Origin: Verrucomicrobiota bacterium
GTDB taxonomy: Bacteria; Verrucomicrobiota; Verrucomicrobiia; Limisphaerales; JBBRPK01
Direction of reading: 5' to 3'
Assembly (NCBI GenBank): GCA_038228235.1
Contig: JBBRPK010000010.1
Span: 4,551 to 68,550 of the forward strand
Length of the DNA: 64,000 bases
Shown here in pieces: positions 60,709-64,000 of this stretch. Position 1 is the first letter of the stretch. Each line of letters opens with the position of its first letter. The notes under the pieces were generated by a model. The model made no database searches and had not been told where the DNA came from. It saw only the letters and a list, made by a program, of their open reading frames with translations. The position numbers and the translations under genes are program-made.

Positions 60709-60896
60709 GGCTCCAAGCTAAATTGCGGCAACCCTTCTCTCAAGCCGGAACTTCGCAGGAGCGCGGAATTTATTCCGCACCACCTTGGGTAATCAAGGCC
60801 AGGGGCGGAATTGATTCCGCTTCAACGAAAACAGGGTGCGCAGTGCGGTGCATCGGAGACGCTGACAACCCCAACAGAACCTGTTACCATTCCCTG

Positions 60897-63611
60897 ATGA
60901 CTTCTCTAAACCCCTGGCTGAAGAGAACAACTGGCCCCAGCGGCGCCTTTTTCCTTATTCTTATGACCTTGCTTTTGGCAATTGGGTGTAAGGCAGCCGA
61001 GCCGATTGGGACTGCCACAAAGGCGACGCAAGGAACCCCCACGTGGAATGCGTTTGTGGAAACCAACTTTCCTTTCATTTCATCGGTCCTCGATGGGCGG
61101 CGCCTCGACCACGGATTGCCAGCCGACAACCTCACCCCGCGCGGCATCGTCCTGAATCTCGGAAATAAATGCTGGGCTTGTTTCGACATCGACTTGCTTC
61201 GGATGGCAGCGGTCTGGAGGGGCGAGGGTGTCTCGGCCATTTCCATGTCCCAGGTTTCCTATCATACGGCTGGCACTAAAACCCCCGTCGGCCAGGAGGA
61301 TCTCCCGGTAGTTGTCGGCGAGGCTTGGATGGCAAACGGCATCTATCCAGGCTGGCAAGCGGGCGAAAACTTTTCACTCATCGACCCACGTGAACCTTGT
61401 CCCGATAAAAGGGAAGTCGGGCGCGGTCCGCTTCCAACGAATGCAGGCCGGTTCATAGCAGTGCGCCAAGGAAAAAGCGGCGTCTGCCTGGAGTATGAAG
61501 TCGCGGGCACCATGATAACCGAATGGGTGGAAACGCGCATCATCAAGGGTCAGCCTGTGGCGCAGCGCCGGTTCCATCTGGACCGCGCTGCGCAAGAATT
61601 GTGGTTGCTTCTCGGACGCCGGCCGTCAGAAAAAGGCTTGACGCCATTACAGATTGCGCTGAACACAACCGAAGGATCTGCGCAGGGGCCGGGCTTAGTC
61701 GCCTACCTTCAACACCCGAGTGGTTTGGATGTGGTCAGGATTCGGCCGTCCGAACACCCGATTGAGTTTGAAGTAGCGATCGGGTTTGGCGGTTCTATGA
61801 AGCCCTGGAAACCGGCGAGCACTGCGAGAGATGCGCCTCCGCCCGCGCGTTGGGCCAAAACATTGACGACTCGCGGCGCACTCTCCTCTGCGAGCGATGC
61901 TTACGTGGTAGATAACATCCCCCTTCCGCTGGACAATCCTTGGAAGCGAAATATTCGTTTCGCCGATCTCGGCTTTTTTCGTGATGGCCGGGCCGCGGCG
62001 GTCACATTTGATGGCGATGTGTGGATGATTTCAGGGCTTGACGGGGACCTGAATGAAGTGAAGTGGAGGCGGTTTACCTCGGGACTGCACGAGCCGTTGG
62101 GATTGTGTATACGCGAGGAAAATGTGTTTGTCTTTGACCGCAACGGAATCTGGCGACTGCGCGACACGGACGGAAACGGAGAGGCCGACGTGCATGAACT
62201 GTTCTCGAACGCCTTCGCCCAAACGGCCGAGACTCGAGAATTTGCCGACGGGATGAGACTGGCGCCCGATGGCTCGTTCGTCCTCGCCAAGGGCGGCATT
62301 CAGGGATCAACGCTGGGCAAGCACAATGGCTCGGTGCTGCGCGTGGCCCCCGACGGGAGGTCATCGACGGTGCTTGGCTGGGGTTTGCGCGGGCCATTCA
62401 TTGGCGTGCATCCGAAGACGGGTCTGGTCACGGCCAGCGATCAACAGGGCAATTATGTGCCGACGACCCCACTGCAGATTATTGGCAACCATCAGTATTA
62501 TGGTTTTCTCAGCAGCCTGCTGCCCAAGGAGAAGTATCCCGCTCCCATCGCCGAGCCGCTGACGTGGATCCCATATCCGGTCAATGCTTCCGGCGCGGGG
62601 CAGGTATGGTTGACTGATGCGCGGATGGGACCTCTCAATGACGGCCTGATCCATCTTGGCTATAACCGCCCCGAAATCTTCCTCGTGCTCCTCAATCAGC
62701 GGGCGCCCCGCTTGCAAGCCGCCGTGCTGAGTGTAACACGCGACCTCGAGTTCGCGCCACTCAATGGCGCGGTGAATCCAAAGGACGGCCAACTCTACGT
62801 GACCGGCTTCCAGATTTTCGGCACGACCGCTAAACAGGTCAGCGGTCTGGCGCGTGTGCGCTATGCCGGCAAGCCCAGCACCCTGCCGCGCGAGGTTGTT
62901 CCGATGGATTCGGGCATCTTGCTGCGTTTCGATGTGCCGCTGGACGCGGGCCAGGCAACCAACCTGGCAAACTTTTCGGCGGAGAGATGGAATTACGCGC
63001 GCACTTTCAATTATGGTTCACCCCACTTCAAACTCGATGGCAGCAAGGGCCAGGAGTCGATGGCTCCGAGTAGCGCCTATCTTTCCCGGGACAGAAAAAG
63101 CGTTTTCATCGGCATCCCGGACATGAAACCCGTGATGCAGATGCGCGTCGGTTGGGCGCTTGCATCGCGAGACAGTGTGAGTTTCGAGCAGAACGCCTAT
63201 TTCACCCCGTATGAATTGGTCCGCTTCGATCCCTCGGCGGAAGGCTTTGAACCCCTCGCTGTGGATTTGACGCGCAAAACCACCCTGGCGGCAGTTGAGA
63301 GACCCGTGAATCCCGAGGAAGGCAAACGGCTGGCGGAGTTGTTAGGGTGTGCGGCTTGCCATTCTGCGGATGGCACCCACATCGAAAAGGTCGGGCCGAC
63401 GTGGAAAGGTTTGTTTGGGAGTCAGCGAGTGTTTGCCGACGGCAGCAAAGGGATTGCAAATGAGGCCTACATCCGGGAATCAGTCCGCCAGCCCGCGGCC
63501 AAGGTGGTGCGTGGATTTGAGAAGTCTGACATCGGCATGCCCAGCTACGAGGGATTGGTTTCAGATGCGCAGATTGAGGCTCTGCTTCTTTACATTAAGA
63601 CGCTCCGTTGA
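60897..63611 (+). CDS. PVC-type membrane-bound-dehydrogenase-like protein with a C-terminal c-type cytochrome (heme-binding CxxCH) domain
   Basis: Signal/lipoprotein-like FFLILMTLLLAIGC. The central propeller-like region is ..DGDVWMISG..GLHEPLGL......V..R.GI.RL.DTDGNG.AD... C-terminal CAACHSADG ..GP.WKGLFG ... The ATG at 60897 is preferred, because the ORF-track start at 60597 overlaps the divergent TolB-like gene. Confidence 0.8.
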   Translation: MTSLNPWLKRTTGPSGAFFLILMTLLLAIGCKAAEPIGTATKATQGTPTWNAFVETNFPFISSVLDGRRLDHGLPADNLTPRGIVLNLGNKCWACFDIDLLRMAAVWRGEGVSAISMSQVSYHTAGTKTPVGQEDLPVVVGEAWMANGIYPGWQAGENFSLIDPREPCPDKREVGRGPLPTNAGRFIAVRQGKSGVCLEYEVAGTMITEWVETRIIKGQPVAQRRFHLDRAAQELWLLLGRRPSEKGLTPLQIALNTTEGSAQGPGLVAYLQHPSGLDVVRIRPSEHPIEFEVAIGFGGSMKPWKPASTARDAPPPARWAKTLTTRGALSSASDAYVVDNIPLPLDNPWKRNIRFADLGFFRDGRAAAVTFDGDVWMISGLDGDLNEVKWRRFTSGLHEPLGLCIREENVFVFDRNGIWRLRDTDGNGEADVHELFSNAFAQTAETREFADGMRLAPDGSFVLAKGGIQGSTLGKHNGSVLRVAPDGRSSTVLGWGLRGPFIGVHPKTGLVTASDQQGNYVPTTPLQIIGNHQYYGFLSSLLPKEKYPAPIAEPLTWIPYPVNASGAGQVWLTDARMGPLNDGLIHLGYNRPEIFLVLLNQRAPRLQAAVLSVTRDLEFAPLNGAVNPKDGQLYVTGFQIFGTTAKQVSGLARVRYAGKPSTLPREVVPMDSGILLRFDVPLDAGQATNLANFSAERWNYARTFNYGSPHFKLDGSKGQESMAPSSAYLSRDRKSVFIGIPDMKPVMQMRVGWALASRDSVSFEQNAYFTPYELVRFDPSAEGFEPLAVDLTRKTTLAAVERPVNPEEGKRLAELLGCAACHSADGTHIEKVGPTWKGLFGSQRVFADGSKGIANEAYIRESVRQPAAKVVRGFEKSDIGMPSYEGLVSDAQIEALLLYIKTLR

Positions 63612-63636
63612 CTCGGTGGAATCGCGCAATGATGGG

Positions 63637-63711
63637 TGGTGGGCGATGAAGGATTCGAACCTCCGACCTACTCCGTGTAAGGGAGCTGCGCTACCGCTGC
63701 GCTAATCGCCC
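63637..63711 (-). tRNA. tRNA-Val (anticodon TAC), CCA encoded
   Basis: GGGCGAT TA GCGC AGCGGTA GCGC A GCTCC CTTACAC GGAGT AGGTC GGAGG TTCGAAT CCTTC ATCGCCC A CCA folds into a canonical cloverleaf of 75 nt. Confidence 0.92.
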
Positions 63712-63764
63712 GACCCCTGCGAACCTATAGCATCCCCGGCATCTCGGCAACGAGGAACATGGCC

Positions 63765-64000
63765 TTACGCCTCTCCGCGAAACCCTTGCTGTCGCAAAGC
63801 CTCGAAAAGGGCAATCGCGGCACAGTTAGAAAGGTTAAGCGAGCGGGAGAGAGGATTGAACATGGGGATGCGCAACCAGGTATCACGATTTTCTTCAAGG
63901 AGGCTCTGCGGCAGCCCCGCAGTCTCACGTCCAAAGACCAAATAGTCTGCCGGCCCGAAGTGGCCTTCAGTATAAAGGCGCGGTCCATTGGATTCCACGA
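63765..64000 (-). CDS. trmL: tRNA (cytidine/uridine-2'-O-)-methyltransferase TrmL (SpoU/TrmH family), C-terminal part; the gene continues beyond the window
   Basis: ..DYLVFGRETAGLPQSLL....WLRIPM....RSLNLSNCAAIALFEALRQ matches recalled E. coli TrmL (DYLMFGPETRGLP..IRIPM...RSMNLSNAV..V.YEA.RQ). Confidence 0.8.
   Translation of the reverse strand, partial: VESNGPRLYTEGHFGPADYLVFGRETAGLPQSLLEENRDTWLRIPMFNPLSRSLNLSNCAAIALFEALRQQGFRGEA

Noticed and set aside
60597-60896. ORF-track start at 60597 for the 1004-aa heme-binding protein
   Set aside because: This extension overlaps the 5' end of the divergent TolB-like gene and lacks a signal peptide. The ATG at 60897 gives a lipoprotein-like signal (..LLLAIGC).

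Overview
Chromosomal segment whose gene content suggests a PVC-superphylum bacterium, probably Verrucomicrobiota-like (inference only, no search run). No rRNA genes or CRISPR arrays were seen.

Layout:
- 1-17.1 kb: two convergent giant secreted-protein genes. One is an LTD/CotH/cadherin-like protein. The other is a subtilase-like protein with Calx-beta and PA14 modules, preceded by an ECF sigma factor fused to a membrane anchor.
- 17.2-18.2 kb: a decayed type I restriction-modification locus (hsdR and hsdM fragments) that still holds an apparently intact hicB-hicA pair.
- 18-39 kb: housekeeping and metabolic genes. These include a PQQ-type sugar dehydrogenase fused to cytochrome c, GT2, PPK2, an Ldh2/HpcH-aldolase pair, DsbD, YjhG-type xylonate dehydratase, HtrA, a CusRS-like two-component system with a CusF-SCO1 fusion, a class V aminotransferase, folE2, a dksA-like gene, rpmG, rpsR and an MBL hydrolase.
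- 40.4-43.7 kb: a 1090-aa ECF sigma factor fused to a transmembrane segment and a long extracytoplasmic repeat region.
- 43.7-55.1 kb: the accessory region. It holds a degraded phage head module (capsid fragment, scaffold, portal fragment) split by an ECF sigma/anti-sigma operon. Next to it is an island abutting the 3' end of ssrA (tmRNA), with three stacked integrase remnants and orphan genes (HNH nuclease + TPR pair, 269-aa unknown + DUF488, zinc-ribbon proteins, a nuclease-like orphan, a RAYT fragment). This is the most likely place for an undescribed conflict or defence system.
- 55.6-64 kb: an MBOAT/SGNH/FGE/TolB-like operon, a PVC-type heme-binding dehydrogenase-like protein, tRNA-Val and a partial trmL.

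Intergenic DNA carries at least four repeat families (MITE-like A and C, long hairpin B, REP-like D), including two nested insertions.

All protein calls rest on motifs read by eye from the translations. No HMM or BLAST searches were run.
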